Assembly (NCBI GenBank): GCA_002269645.1
Contig: NIVC01001703.1
Span: 1 to 64,000 of the forward strand
Source of the DNA: Macrostomum lignano
Lineage: Eukaryota
Reading direction: 5' to 3'
DNA length: 64,000 nt
Shown here piece after piece: positions 13,050 to 25,349 of this stretch (its first letter is position 1; every line of letters begins with the position of its first letter). The position numbers and the translations under genes are program-made. Below the pieces are notes generated by a model. The model was given only the letters and a program-made list of their open reading frames with translations. It was not told the DNA's origin and did not search any database.

Positions 13050-15204
13050 CTTTCCGGTAGACGTTCTCAATACTAGCGGCTTCTTAGCGTTCACTGATCT
13101 GCGTGACCGTCGCAGAAGCACCGGTCTCAACCGGTTTGGTTTATCGGGAGCTGCTGGACTATCGGAGGCATTACTTATATGCGGATAGTAACAGATGGGG
13201 CAGGAGGCTGCGTTCCAAGTAGACTGCCAGCAATCCCCTACGTCTTCCTCAGTGCCAACGTCGGTATGATCAAAGCGACTGTCGGAATGATCAAAGCGAC
13301 TGTCGGCATGATCAAAGCGACTGTCGGTATGATCAAAGCGACTCTCGGCATGATCAAAGCGACTGTCGGAAGGATCAAAGCGACTGTCGGAAGGATCAAA
13401 GCGACTGTCGGAATGATCAAAGCGACTGTCGGAAGGATCAAAGCGACTGTCGGAATGATCAAAGCGACTGTCGGAAGGATCAAAGCGACTGTCGGAATGA
13501 TCAAAGCGACTGTCGGAATGATCAAAGCGACTGTCGGAATGATCAAAGCGACTGTCGGCATCATCAAAGCGAAATCGGAGGTGACGGTGACGGTTGCGAC
13601 GTTGCAAGAGGCGACGGCGGCAGCGCCTGCAAAGTCCAAGCCGATCCCGAGCTGTACCTGGAGGGCACCGGTCATCATAAATCAGCTGCAAGGAGTGCAG
13701 ATTCATCAACTGATTAGCAGCATTTATCGCAGCTTTTGAGCTGTGTCGCACAACCAGACAGGTCAGCGAAAGATCTTGATAGATATTTCCGCAGTGGTTG
13801 AGCAGCCGCGGTCGCAGATGTACCAATAGGCGGTCTCCGATTCTGCGAATTGTTGATGAAAATACAAGACGTCCCCCTCTGTAGCTGGCACCCCCCTCTG
13901 TAGCTGGCACCCCCCTCTGTAGCTGGCACCCCCCTCTGTAGCTGGCACCCCCCTCTGTAGCTGGCACCCCCTCTGTAGCTGGCACCCCCCCTCTGTAGCT
14001 GGCGCCCCCCTCTGTAGCTGGCACCCCCTCTGTAGCTGGCACCCCCCTCTGTAGCTGGCGCCCCCCTCTGTAGCTGGCACCCCCTCTGTAGCTGGCACCC
14101 CCTCTGTAGCTGGCGCCCCCCTCTGTAGCTGGCGCCCCCCTCTGTAGCTGGCACCCCCCTCTGTAGCTGGCTACCCCCTCTGTAGCTGGCGCCCCCCTCT
14201 GTAGCTGGAACGCCCCTCTGTAGCTGGCGCCCCCCTCTGTAGCTGGCACCCCCTCTGTAGCTGGCACCCTCTCTGTAGCTGGCACCCCCTCTGTAGCTGG
14301 CACCCCCTCTGTAGCTGGCACCCCCTCTGTAGCTGGCACCCCCTCTGTAGCTGGCACCCCCTCTGTAGCTGGCACCCCCCTCTGTAGCTGGCACCCCCTC
14401 TGTAGCTGGCACCCCCTCTGTAGCTGGCGCCCCCTCGGTAGCTGTAGAATAACCTGTAATAACTAATTGCCTCACCTGTAATAACTAATCGCCTCACCTG
14501 TAATAACTAATCGCATCACCTGTAATAACTAATTGCCTCACCTGTAATAACTAATCGCCTCACCTGTAATAACTAATCGCCTCACCTGTAATAACTAATC
14601 GCCTCACCTGTAATAACTAATTGCCTCACCTGTAATAACTAATCGCCTCACCTGTAATAACTAATTGCCTCACCTGTAATAACTAATTGCCTCACCTGTA
14701 ATAACTAATTGCCTCACCTGTAATAACTAATTGCCTCACCTGTAATAACTAATCGCCTCACCTGTAATAACTAATTGCCTCACCTGTAATAACTAATCGC
14801 CTCACCTGTAATAACTATTTGCCTCACCTGTAATAACTAATTGCCTCACCTGTAATAACTAATTGCCTCACCTGTAATAACTAATTGCCTCACCTGTAGT
14901 AAGCGGCACAGCCGTTAAACAATCGGCCAGCCCAGTATTTCAGCCTCTTTCTTCGCCTGCGACCGCCATCAAACCAGACCACATTGTCTGTCGAGTTTCC
15001 GCAAGCCGGCAGAGCCAGCCACGAGTCTGTCTGAAGGCCCGGCCAGTGCCAGTGGCGCACCGTGGTGACACTTCGGCTTGGCAATGACCGGCAATCGTGA
15101 ATGATTGTAAATAGAAACAGAAATGAGTAGATTAGCAATCCTGAATTATAACAATAAATACGCATTAATGAAATTTTCAACTTCTTTGCGTCGTCAGAGT
15201 ATAA
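13050..15204 (-). CDS. Duplicated exon cassette, copy 2 (A2 15204-14894, B2 13842-13050) of the uncharacterised gene
   Basis: Same splice sites and open frame as copy 1; exon B = 793 nt. Confidence 0.55.
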
Positions 15205-16082
15205 CTACAAAAGACATCAACGACTTGTTTATCAGTATTTAATTTTACCGGCCGATATGAAATCAGCAATGTAAGTGCTTGATTTCGGGCCATAGACAGT
15301 GCGGATTCCCGGTTATTCATGAAAACAAAGTTTTTTATCTAAAAATATGGTTCTATTCATATTTTGTTCGAGCGAGCCTATGAGGTTAACTAGTGTGAAA
15401 TGGATAAGCTATAGTGTGAAAGGATAAGCTAATGTGGATTGGGAGGCTGGCTCAGCAACTGAGGATCTGGGAGGCTGGCCTAGCAACTGAGGATCTGAGA
15501 GGCTGGCCTAGCAACTGATGGGGATCTGGGAGACTGGCCCAGAAACTGAGGATCTGTGAGTCTGGCTCAGCAACTGAGGATCTGGGAGGCTGGCCCAGCA
15601 ACTGAGGATTGGGAGGCTGGCTCAGCAACTGAGGATCTGGGAGACTGGCTCAGCAACTGAGGATCTGGGAGGCTGGCCCAGCAACTGAGGATCTGGGAGG
15701 ATGGCCCAGCAACTGAGGATCTGGGAAGCTGGCCCAGCAACTGAGGATCTGGGAGGCTGGCCCAGCAACTGAGGATCTGTGAGTCTGGCTCAGCAACTGA
15801 GGATCTGGGAGGCTGGCCCAGCAACTGGGGATCTGGGAGGCTGGCCCAGCAACTGAGTATCTGAAAGGCTGGCCCAGCAACTGGGGATCTGGGATGCTGG
15901 CCCAGCAACTGAGGATCTGGGAGGCTGGCCCATCAACTGAGGATCTGGGAGGTTGGTGGCCCAGCAACTGGGGATCTGGGAGGCTGGCCCAGCAACTGAG
16001 GATCTGGGATGCTGGCACAGCAACTGAGGATTAGGAGTCTGGCCCAGCAACTCCGTATAGTTACACAAGCGTCAATAAACAC

Positions 16083-18075
16083 CTTTCCGGTAGACGTTCT
16101 CAATACTAGCGGCTTCTTAGCGTTCACTGATCTGCGTGACCGTCGCAGAAGCACCGGTCTCAACCGGTTTGGTTTATCGGGAGCTGCTGGACTATCGGAG
16201 GCATTACTTATATGCGGATAGTAACAGATGGGGCAGGAGGCTGCGTTCCAAGTAGACTGCCAGCAATCCCCTACGTCTTCCTCAGTGCCAACGTCGGTAT
16301 GATCAAAGCGACTGTCGGAATGATCAAAGCGACTGTCGGCATGATCAAAGCGACTGTCGGTATGATCAAAGCGACTCTCGGCATGATCAAAGCGACTGTC
16401 GGAAGGATCAAAGCGACTGTCGGAAGGATCAAAGCGACTGTCGGAATGATCAAAGCGACTGTCGGAAGGATCAAAGCGACTGTCGGAATGATCAAAGCGA
16501 CTGTCGGAAGGATCAAAGCGACTGTCGGAATGATCAAAGCGACTGTCGGAATGATCAAAGCGACTGTCGGAATGATCAAAGCGACTGTCGGCATCATCAA
16601 AGCGAAATCGGAGGTGACGGTGACGGTTGCGACGTTGCAAGAGGCGACGGCGGCAGCGCCTGCAAAGTCCAAGCCGATCCCGAGCTGTACCTGGAGGGCA
16701 CCGGTCATCATAAATCAGCTGCAAGGAGTGCAGATTCATCAACTGATTAGCAGCATTTATCGCAGCTTTTGAGCTGTGTCGCACAACCAGACAGGTCAGC
16801 GAAAGATCTTGATAGATATTTCCGCAGTGGTTGAGCAGCCGCGGTCGCAGATGTACCAATAGGCGGTCTCCGATTCTGCGAATTGTTGATGAAAATACAA
16901 GACGTCCCCCTCTGTAGCTGGCACCCCCCTCTGTAGCTGGCACCCCCCTCTGTAGCTGGCACCCCCCTCTGTAGCTGGCACCCCCCTCTGTAGCTGGCAC
17001 CCCCTCTGTAGCTGGCACCCCCCTCTGTAGCTGGCGCCCCCCCTCTGTAGCTGGCACCCCCTCTGTAGCTGGCACCCCCCTCTGTAGCTGGCGCCCCCCT
17101 CTGTAGCTGGCACCCCCTCTGTAGCTGGCACCCCCCTCTGTAGCTGGCGCCCCCCTCTGTAGCTGGCGCCCCCCTCTGTAGCTGGCACCCCCCTCTGTAG
17201 CTGGCTACCCCCTCTGTAGCTGGCGCCCCCCTCTGTAGCTGGCACCCCCCTCTGTAGCTGGCACCCCCCTCTGTAGCTGGCGCCCCCTCGGTAGCTGTAG
17301 AATAACCTGTAATAACTAATTGCCTCACCTGTAATAACTAATCGCCTCACCTGTAATAACTAATCGCCTCACCTGTAATAACTAATTGCCTCACCTGTAA
17401 TAACTAATCGCCTCACCTGTAATAACTAATCGCCTCACCTGTAATAACTAATCGCCTCACCTGTAATAACTAATTGCCTCACCTGTAATAACTAATCGCC
17501 TCACCTGTAATAACTAATTGCCTCACCTGTAATAACTAATCGCCTCACCTGTAATAACTAATTGCCTCACCTGTAATAACTAATTGTCTCACCTGTAGTA
17601 AGCGGCACAGCCGTTAAACAATCGGCCAGCCCAGTATTTCAGCCTCTTTCTTCGCCTGCGACCGCCATCAAACCAGACCACATTGTCTGTCGAGTTTCCG
17701 CAAGCCGGCAGAGCCAGCCACGAGTCTGTCTGAAGGCCCGGCCAGTGCCAGTGGCGCACCGTGGTGACACTTCGGCTTGGCAATGACCGGCAATCGTGAA
17801 TGATTGTAAATAGAAACAGAAATGAGTAGATTAGCAATCCTGAATTATAACAATAAATACGCATTAATGAAATTTTCAACTTCTTTGCGTCGTCAGAGTA
17901 TAACTACAAAAGACATCAACGACTTGTTTATCAGTATTTAATTTTACCTGCCGATATGAAATCAGCAATGTAAGTGCTTGATTTCGGGCCATAGACAGTG
18001 CGGATTTCCGGTTATTCATGAAAGCAAAGTTTTTTTCTAAAAATATGGTTCTATTCATTTTTTGTTCGAGCGAGC
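16083..18075 (-). CDS. Duplicated exon cassette, copy 3 (candidate Y3 18075-17948, A3 17903-17593, B3 16875-16083)
   Basis: Same splice sites. A 44-nt GT-AG intron at 17947-17904 joins ...ISYRQ to LYSDDAKK in phase 0. Exon Y is open only in this copy. Confidence 0.55.
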
Positions 18076-18084
18076 CTATGAGGT

Positions 18085-19965
18085 TAACTAGTGTGAATGG
18101 ATAAGCTATAGTGTGAAAGGATAAGCTAATGTGAATGGATAAGCTATAGTGTGAAAGGATAAGCTAATGTGAATGGATAAACTAGTGTGAATGGGTAAGC
18201 TATTGTGAATTAAAAAGCTAGTGTGAATGGATAAGCTAGTGTGAATGGATAAGCTAATGTGAATGAACAAGCTACTATGAATGAACAAGCTACTGTGAAT
18301 GGATAAGCTACTGTGAATGGATAAGCTTTTGTGAATGAACAAGCTACTGTGAATGAACAAGCTACTGTGAATGAACAAGCTACTGTGAATGAACAAGCTA
18401 CTGTGAATAGATAAGCTACTGTGAATGGATAAGCTTTTGTGAATGAACAAGCTTCAGTGAATGGATAAGCTACTGTGAATGAACAAGCTACTGTGAATGA
18501 ATAAGCTATTGTGAATGAATAAGCTATTGTGAATGAATAAGCTACTGTGAATGAACAAGCTACTGTGAATGAACAAGCTACTGTGAATGAATAAGCTATT
18601 GTGAATGAATAAGCTATTGTGAATGAATAAGCTACTGTGAATGAACAAGCTACTGTGAATGAACAAGCTACTGTGAATGAATAAGCTATTGTGAAGGAAT
18701 AAGCTATTGTGAATGAATAAGCTAGCGTGAATGGAGAAGCTATAGTGTGTTAATGGATAAGCTTCTGTGAATGAACAAGCTACTGTGAAGGGATAAGCTA
18801 CTGTGAATGAACAAGCTACTGTGAATGAATAAGCTATTGTGAATGAATAAGCTATTGTGAATGAATAGCTAGCGTGAATGAATAAGCTATAGTGTTAATG
18901 GATAAGCTTCTGTGAATGAACAAGCTTCTGTGAATGGATAAGCTACTGTGAATGAATAAGCTAGCGTGAATGAATAAGCTACTGTAAATGAATAAGCTAT
19001 TGTGAATGAATAAGCTAGCGTGAATGGAGAAGCTATAGTGTTAATGGATAAGCTTCTGTGAATGAACAAGCTACTGTGAATGAATAAGCTATTGTGAATG
19101 AATAAGCTATTGTGAATGAATAGCTAGCGTGAATGGAGAAGCTATAGTGTTAATGGATAAGCTTCTGTGAATGAACAAGCTTCTGTGAATGGATAAGCTA
19201 CTGTGAATGAACAAGCTACTGTGAATGAATAAGCTATTGTGAATGAATAAGCTATTGTGAATGAATAGCTAGCGTGAATGGAGAAGCTATAGTGTTAATG
19301 GATAAGCTTCTGTGAATGAACAAGCTTCTGTGAATGGATAAGCTACTGTGAATGAATAAGCTAGCGTGAATGAATAAGCTACTGTGAATGAATAAGCTAT
19401 TGTGAATGAATAAGCTAGCGTGAATGGAGAAGCTATAGTGTTAATGGATAAGCTTCTGTGAATGAACAAGCTACTGTGAATGAATAAGCTATTGTGAATG
19501 AATAAGCTATTGTGAATGAATAGCTAGCGTGAATGGAGAAGCTATAGTGTTAATGGATAAGCTTCTGTGAATGAACAAGCTTCTGTGAATGGATAAGCTA
19601 CTGTGAATGAACAAGCTACTGTGAATGAATAAGCTATTGTGAATGAATAAGCTATTGTGAATGAATAGCTAGCGTGAATGGAGAAGCTATAGTGTTAATG
19701 GATAAGCTTCTGTGAATGAACAAGCTTCTGTGAATGGATAAGCTACTGTGAATGAATAAGCTAGCGTGAATGAATAAGCTACTGTGAATGAATAAGCTAT
19801 TGTGAATGAATAAGCTAGCGTGAATGGAGAAGCTATAGTGTTAATGGATAAGCTTCTGTGAATGAACAAGCTACTGTGAATGAACAAGCTACTATGAATG
19901 AACTATGGATAAGCTACTATGGATAAGCTTTTGTGAATGAACAAGCTACTGTGAATGAACAAGCT
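18085..19965. repeat. 18-bp minisatellite (gtgaatgaataagctact) with ~400-bp higher-order periodicity
   Basis: Read directly; marker variants recur at 400-bp spacing. Confidence 0.93.
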
Positions 19966-19981
19966 GCTGCTGAATCCATAC

Positions 19982-20148
19982 ACTGTACGCAGGTACACAT
20001 ATCACACAGGGTGCACATGAGTTGCGGTCCTGCCTTTTTCATTGTTCGAACACGACTTGTGCATTCTTGTGAATCAGTACACAAGACCCAAGCAACTTTG
20101 TTCACGTATGCAAACTGGGGTCGCACATTCGCAATGCCATTTTCGCTA
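19982..20148 (-). CDS. Candidate upstream exon X of the uncharacterised gene (SENGIANVRPQFAYVNKVAWVLCTDSQEC...CTLCDMCTCVQ)
   Basis: AG at 20150/20149, a GTATGG donor at 19981 in phase 1 matching the phase-1 acceptor of exon Y, and an open Cys-rich frame. Inference only. Confidence 0.3.
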
Positions 20149-21479
20149 CTATAAAGCGAATATTTCAAACAAAAACAAACATTTTTCTGTAGTTATGCTG
20201 CCGAATTCAAATCAGCTAAATGCACCCAAAGGCAGTGGACTGAAATGTATCCATAATTCGTATCCAATATTTAAAAGGCTTGAGTGATGCCACATTATTT
20301 TGGCGCAATTGTGAACCAATACGGCTTTTGAATGGTTGGCTCAGAGCCAAAAATATGACATTCGTACATGAATAGCTTAAAACTTTTCATTATTTTCAGG
20401 GTTTGATTCATGTAAAAGTGCACGAATCCTGTTTTTCCCCAAGTTAGTTCCGTATACTTCAATAGTTCATTTAAAGTGTCAATCAATAATCTTATAGTTA
20501 TTGGGATTCTTGGGATCACCAAGATTTTCTATCAATTCTCAAATATTAAAGTTCCATTTACATGTTATCTGTAGCCACGTAAAGAGTGGGGTAGTTGGTA
20601 TTTAATTTGACCTTGAACTTTGAACAACCATCCTACAGCCTACAGAGACTCCAGCACGCCTCAGATAAGACTTTACAGCCCCAGAGTCGTTACAGAGTCG
20701 CAGACAATAAAACGCCTCAAATTGACTCTGACGACTTTTTGGCGACTTGTACCGTGACATCTCGTCGGTTTAGAGTCATCTAAGGTCACTTCTTATTATA
20801 CCTGTAGTGCTCGTAAGTCGCAGTTTTCAACCTCTCTACACAAACTGCAATGCGTGTAAACAGTGACAGTGTAACCAGAGTTAACCTGTGCGACTAAGAC
20901 AGATACATAAGGCTGTTTTCCTCGGTTCCAATAAAACCAGTTCGTCCACGACTGAGCCGAGGCAGGCACCAGCAAGCGTTGCCAAGGTAACAAACAAGCC
21001 CCCAACCCCTAGCGATAAAAACCGCTTGAACAGAACCGAATTCGCGAGATCGAATGCTTGTATAAATTTTGCAATCGACGTGGCAGCCCAGAACTGGCCC
21101 AGATTAGCGGGCCAAATATGGCCAAATGCTAGGGCAATTTTATCTCTTGTTCGCAAATTCGAATAGAGAGATAAAAACCCTGCAATGTGCATTTACAGAC
21201 AGACAACCTTTGGCGCCGTGCAAAGTTTAACGAGCGACTCCAAAGTATAAAAATTCAGATTAAATATAAACAACATTTTAGTATTTGGGCTACAAGAATG
21301 TAAAAATTGTTTGTAAATTTTGTCAATTTCAATTTCTACAAGCCAAACTGACACATTTGGGCATCGGCAGCATAATTTATCTCAATGGGAAAAATGAACC
21401 TAACAGTGCACTGACGTGTCATTAGGAAAACATTGATGGCAGCAACGCATTCGCCTTTTCAGTATGGGCAGCCTTGCAA

Positions 21480-21690
21480 TTTCTGGTTTGTGAATTGTCT
21501 AGCTTGTGAATTGTCTAGCTTGTGAATTGTCTAAGTTTGTGAATGGCCCGGTTTGTGAATGGCCTGGTTTGTGAATGTCCTGGTTTGTGAATGGCCTGGT
21601 TTGTGATTTATCCGGTTTGTGAATGGCCTGGTTTGTGATTTCTCTGGTTTGTGAAGATGCTGGTTTATGAGGCTTCTTGTTTATGAAGTT
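21480..21690. repeat. Short 14-16-bp degenerate repeat (tggtttgtgaatggcc)
   Basis: Read directly. Confidence 0.75.
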
Positions 21691-21814
21691 TCCAGTCTTT
21701 GCAGGCTTGCCTGAAATACGCTTTAATCAAAGATGGCATTTTGCAAAGCAGATATGTCGCACTTAAAAGCATCCGGATGAGCCACAATGTCCTCCTCTTG
21801 CACCGGACCAACTC

Positions 21815-24800
21815 TCATTTGCCCGCCGACCCCAGCAAAGTCATGTCCGAAGGCGGCGGAGGCGGCGGCTTGTCCGGCTTCTCGAGCACGATGACCCGCT
21901 TGGGGTACTGCTGCAGCTCCACGACCAGCAGCTTCAGCTGCCAGGACTTGTCCTCAGCCTGCGGCGGGGTGGGGAATGGGACCTATTTCGGAACCTGAAT
22001 CTCACTCTGAATCTATCCTAAACCCCGAATCCCATTCTGAATCTATCCTAAGCCCCGAATCTCACTCTGAATCTATCCTGAACCCCGAATCTCACTCTGG
22101 ATCTATCCTAAACCCCGAATCTCACTATGAATCTATCCTAAACCCCGAATCTCACTCTGAATCTATCCTGAACCCAGAATCTCACTCTGAATCTATCTTA
22201 AACCCTGAATCTCACTCTGAATCTATCTTAAACCCCGAATCTCACTCTGAATCTATCCTGAACCCAGAATCTCACTCTGAATCTATCCTAAACCCCGAAT
22301 CTCACTCTGAATCTATCTTAAACCCTGAATCTACGATTGTTTCAACGCTGAATATCTCACCCTGAATATATTCTCCTGAACCTAAAAACCTCAACCTGAA
22401 TCACATACTTAATATACCAAAAAATCAAATAAAGAACCTAGTCTGAACAATTAAGAATTAACCCTAAACCTAGCCTGGACCATTAACCTGAACCTAGCCT
22501 GAACCTAGTCTGAAAAATAAACACTAAATCTAGCCTGAACCATTTAACTGAACCTAGCCTGAACCATTTAACTGAACCTAGCCTGAACCTAGCCTGAGCC
22601 ATTAACCCTGAACCTAGCCTGAAAAATTATCTTTGAACCTATCCTGAACAATTAACCCTAAATCTAGCCTGAACCATTAACCTGAACCTAGACTGAACCA
22701 TTAACCTGAACCTAGCCTGAACCTAGCTTGAGCCATTAACCCTGAACCTAGCCTGAGCCATTAACCCTGAACCTAGCCTGAGCCATTAACCCTGAACCTA
22801 GCCTGAGCCATTAACCCTGAACCTAGCCTGAACAATTAATCCTGAACCTAGCCTGAACAATTAACCCTGAATCTAGCCTGAACAATTAACCCTGAACCTA
22901 GCCTGAACAATTAACCCTGAACCTAGCCTGAACAATTAACCCTGAATCTAGCCTGAACCTAGCTTGAGCCATTAACCCTGAACCTAGCCTGAGCCATTAA
23001 CCCTGAACCTAGCCTGAGCCATTAACCCTGAACCTAGCCTGAACAATTAACTTTGAACCTAGCCTGAACAATTAACCCTGAACCTAGCCTGAACAATTAA
23101 CCCTGAACCTAGCCTGAACAATTAACTTTGAACCTAGCCTGAACAATTAACCCTGAACCTAGCCTGAACAATTAACCCTGAATCTAGCCTGAACAATTAA
23201 CCCTGAACCTAGCCTGAACAATTAACCCTGAACCTAGCCTGAGCCATTAACCCTGAACCTAGCCTGAACAATTAACTTTGAACCTAGCCTGAACAATTAA
23301 CCTGAACCTAGCCTGAACCTAGCTTGAGCCATTAACCCTGAACCTAGCCTGAGCCATTAACCCTGAAACTAGCCTGAGCCATTAACCCTGAACCTAGCCT
23401 GAACAATTAACCCTGAACCTAGCCTAAAAAATTAACTTTGAACCTAGCCTGAAAAATTAACTTTGAAACTAGCCTGAACAATTAACCCTGAACCTAGCCT
23501 GAACCATTAAGCCTGAACCTAGCCTGAAGTATTCTAGTCCCCTAAAATAAAAAACGCACCTTAACTCCCTGAGCATAGACGTCGGCCCTATTAAACTGTC
23601 CAACCAGGTGAAACCTGAGCGACATCACTCGCTGCCCAGTCTCCGAGTCCAGCGACTCCTCAGAGTGAACTCGACTGCGCGACCGACGCGAGCTGCCGTC
23701 GCCGTGCGAGCGAATGGGTTCGCCCAGAGCCGCCTGGACCTGCGGATCTTGAAGGCACCTCTCGGTGGCCAGAGACTGCAGCGCTGTCGGGGACTCGCTG
23801 GAGTAGAGCTCGCGCCATAGGGCGTAGAACAGACCGCCTGTGACCAGCACGCCAGCCAGCACCACCAGAGTGTAGCCGAAGTCTTTGGATCCTTCCACAA
23901 CTGGCAGTGGATGGGGGGCATGGTGTAAATTAATGCGTAGCTACCTTGTGTAACATTTACAAGCGTCTATGGGTAATCACCAAGTGTGTCTATGGGTGAT
24001 GCACCAGGTGTGTCTATGGGTGATGCACCAGGTGTGTCTATGGGTGATGCACCAGGTGTGTCTATGGGTGATGCACCAGGTGTGTCTATGGGTGATGCAC
24101 CAGGTGTGTCTATGGGTGATGCACCAGGTGTGTCTATGGGTGATGCACCAGGTGTGTCTATGGGTGATGCACCAGGTGTGTCTATGGGTGATGCACCAAG
24201 TGTGTCTATGGGTGATGCACCAGGTGTGTCTATGGGTGATGCACCAAGTGTGTCTATGGGTGATGCACCAAGTGTGTCTATGGGTGATGCACCAAGTGTG
24301 TCTATTGGTGATGCACCAAGTGTGTCTATGGGTGATGCACCAAGAGTGTCTATTGGTGATGCTCTAAGTGTGTCTCTGCAGTCTCTACTAGTGTCTGCAT
24401 GGTGTCATCGATTAATTTCGCTACACGGATGCTTTCAAGATTGTTTATCAACTGTCAAATTTGAGTAATCTGTGAACATGGAGTTTGCAGACTTTCGCAA
24501 CTTCTGTGGGTTAGAGAGGAGGCTCAGCAGTGTTGTGGTGGGGTAGAGATGCTGGTATTTTATTTGATTCTTGAACTTTTTGGCTGATGACATACTGACA
24601 TACAAATTAATTAAAATTGATTTCAAATCACGCGTTGTTTAAGCCTGCCTTTTTCTACTGCTAAATTTGCAGACAGTACTGCATACCTTAACTAATCAAT
24701 ACGAACTACACAGTACAAGCCACCCAGTCATAGATAAGAATTATCACAAAACAGAGCTTCTGGCAAGGGTCTCCACAGAAAGAGGGCCTTCAAATCGAAC

Positions 24801-25177
24801 AAAAAATCGATAATAAGCACTGGCTGGCGGGGTAGAAACCATATAGAAACAATATTCCAGAATGTGACAATACCTTTCTGAGCTGGAGTCAGGTTAGCAT
24901 AGCTCTGACTGGGCGGTCGCTCACCAAATATCACACTCTTGCTCAGCTGCTGAGCATGCTCAGTTTGTTTCTGTTGTTGTTGTTGTTGTTGTTGTTTTTG
25001 ATCAGTAGACTGATAGCGGCGAAGGCACACAGAGATTATTGCTCTGGCATTTGAAGCCCCAGGGTTGCTATGACAACGTTTGAAAAGCGCCGCCCTCGCA
25101 GCCACCACCAAATCGTGCCCAGAGACGGGGCCTCGAAGCAAGACAAGAGACTGGAAAAAATTTAATCGGAAAAGCAA
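21815..25177 (-). CDS. TIMM21: Mitochondrial import inner membrane translocase subunit Tim21. Exons ~25177-24874 (start uncertain), 23900-23560, 21958-21815
   Basis: QKVVEGSKDFGYTLVVLAGVLVTGGLFYALWRELYSSESP...ALGEPIRSHGDGSSRR matches the TIM21 TM and IMS pattern (human [32 protein letters not shown]). It has an Arg/Ala-rich presequence-like N-terminus and the exon phases match. Confidence 0.88.
21995..22335. repeat. 30-bp minisatellite (aaccccgaatctcactctgaatctatccta), TIM21 intron 2
   Basis: Read directly. Confidence 0.92.
22430..23530. repeat. 25-bp minisatellite (aacctagcctgaacaattaaccctg), TIM21 intron 2
   Basis: Read directly. Confidence 0.92.
23970..24370. repeat. 24-bp minisatellite (gtgtctatgggtgatgcaccaggt), TIM21 intron 1
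   Basis: Read directly. Confidence 0.95.
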
Positions 25178-25349
25178 CTCAGAGAAAGATCAGTACAGAG
25201 ATAGCCAAGTGCATGCGATTGATACCATGCTAGATAGCGAGTGCCCCCCCCCCCCAAAAAAAACAGCATAGCACAAATCATGTAGCGAGAAACAGACAGT
25301 GAGTGCAGTGCACAGTGAGGCGCCTGATTCTAAGCTCTTTATCAGCCAA

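Larger units (their letters stand above)
8843..18133. repeat. Tandem triplication of a ~2.7-3.6 kb unit (approx. 8843-12404, 12405-15435, 15436-18133)
   Basis: Unique blocks recur three times in the same order. An identical novel junction (aagctaatgtg|gattgggaggct) occurs at ~12404 and ~15435. Confidence 0.93.

Noticed and set aside
20796-21192. Further 5' exon(s) of the orphan gene (ORFs 20881-21192 and 20796-21005; donor at 20801)
   Set aside because: Several incompatible frame and acceptor choices fit equally well and there is no homology evidence, so it cannot be called from sequence alone.
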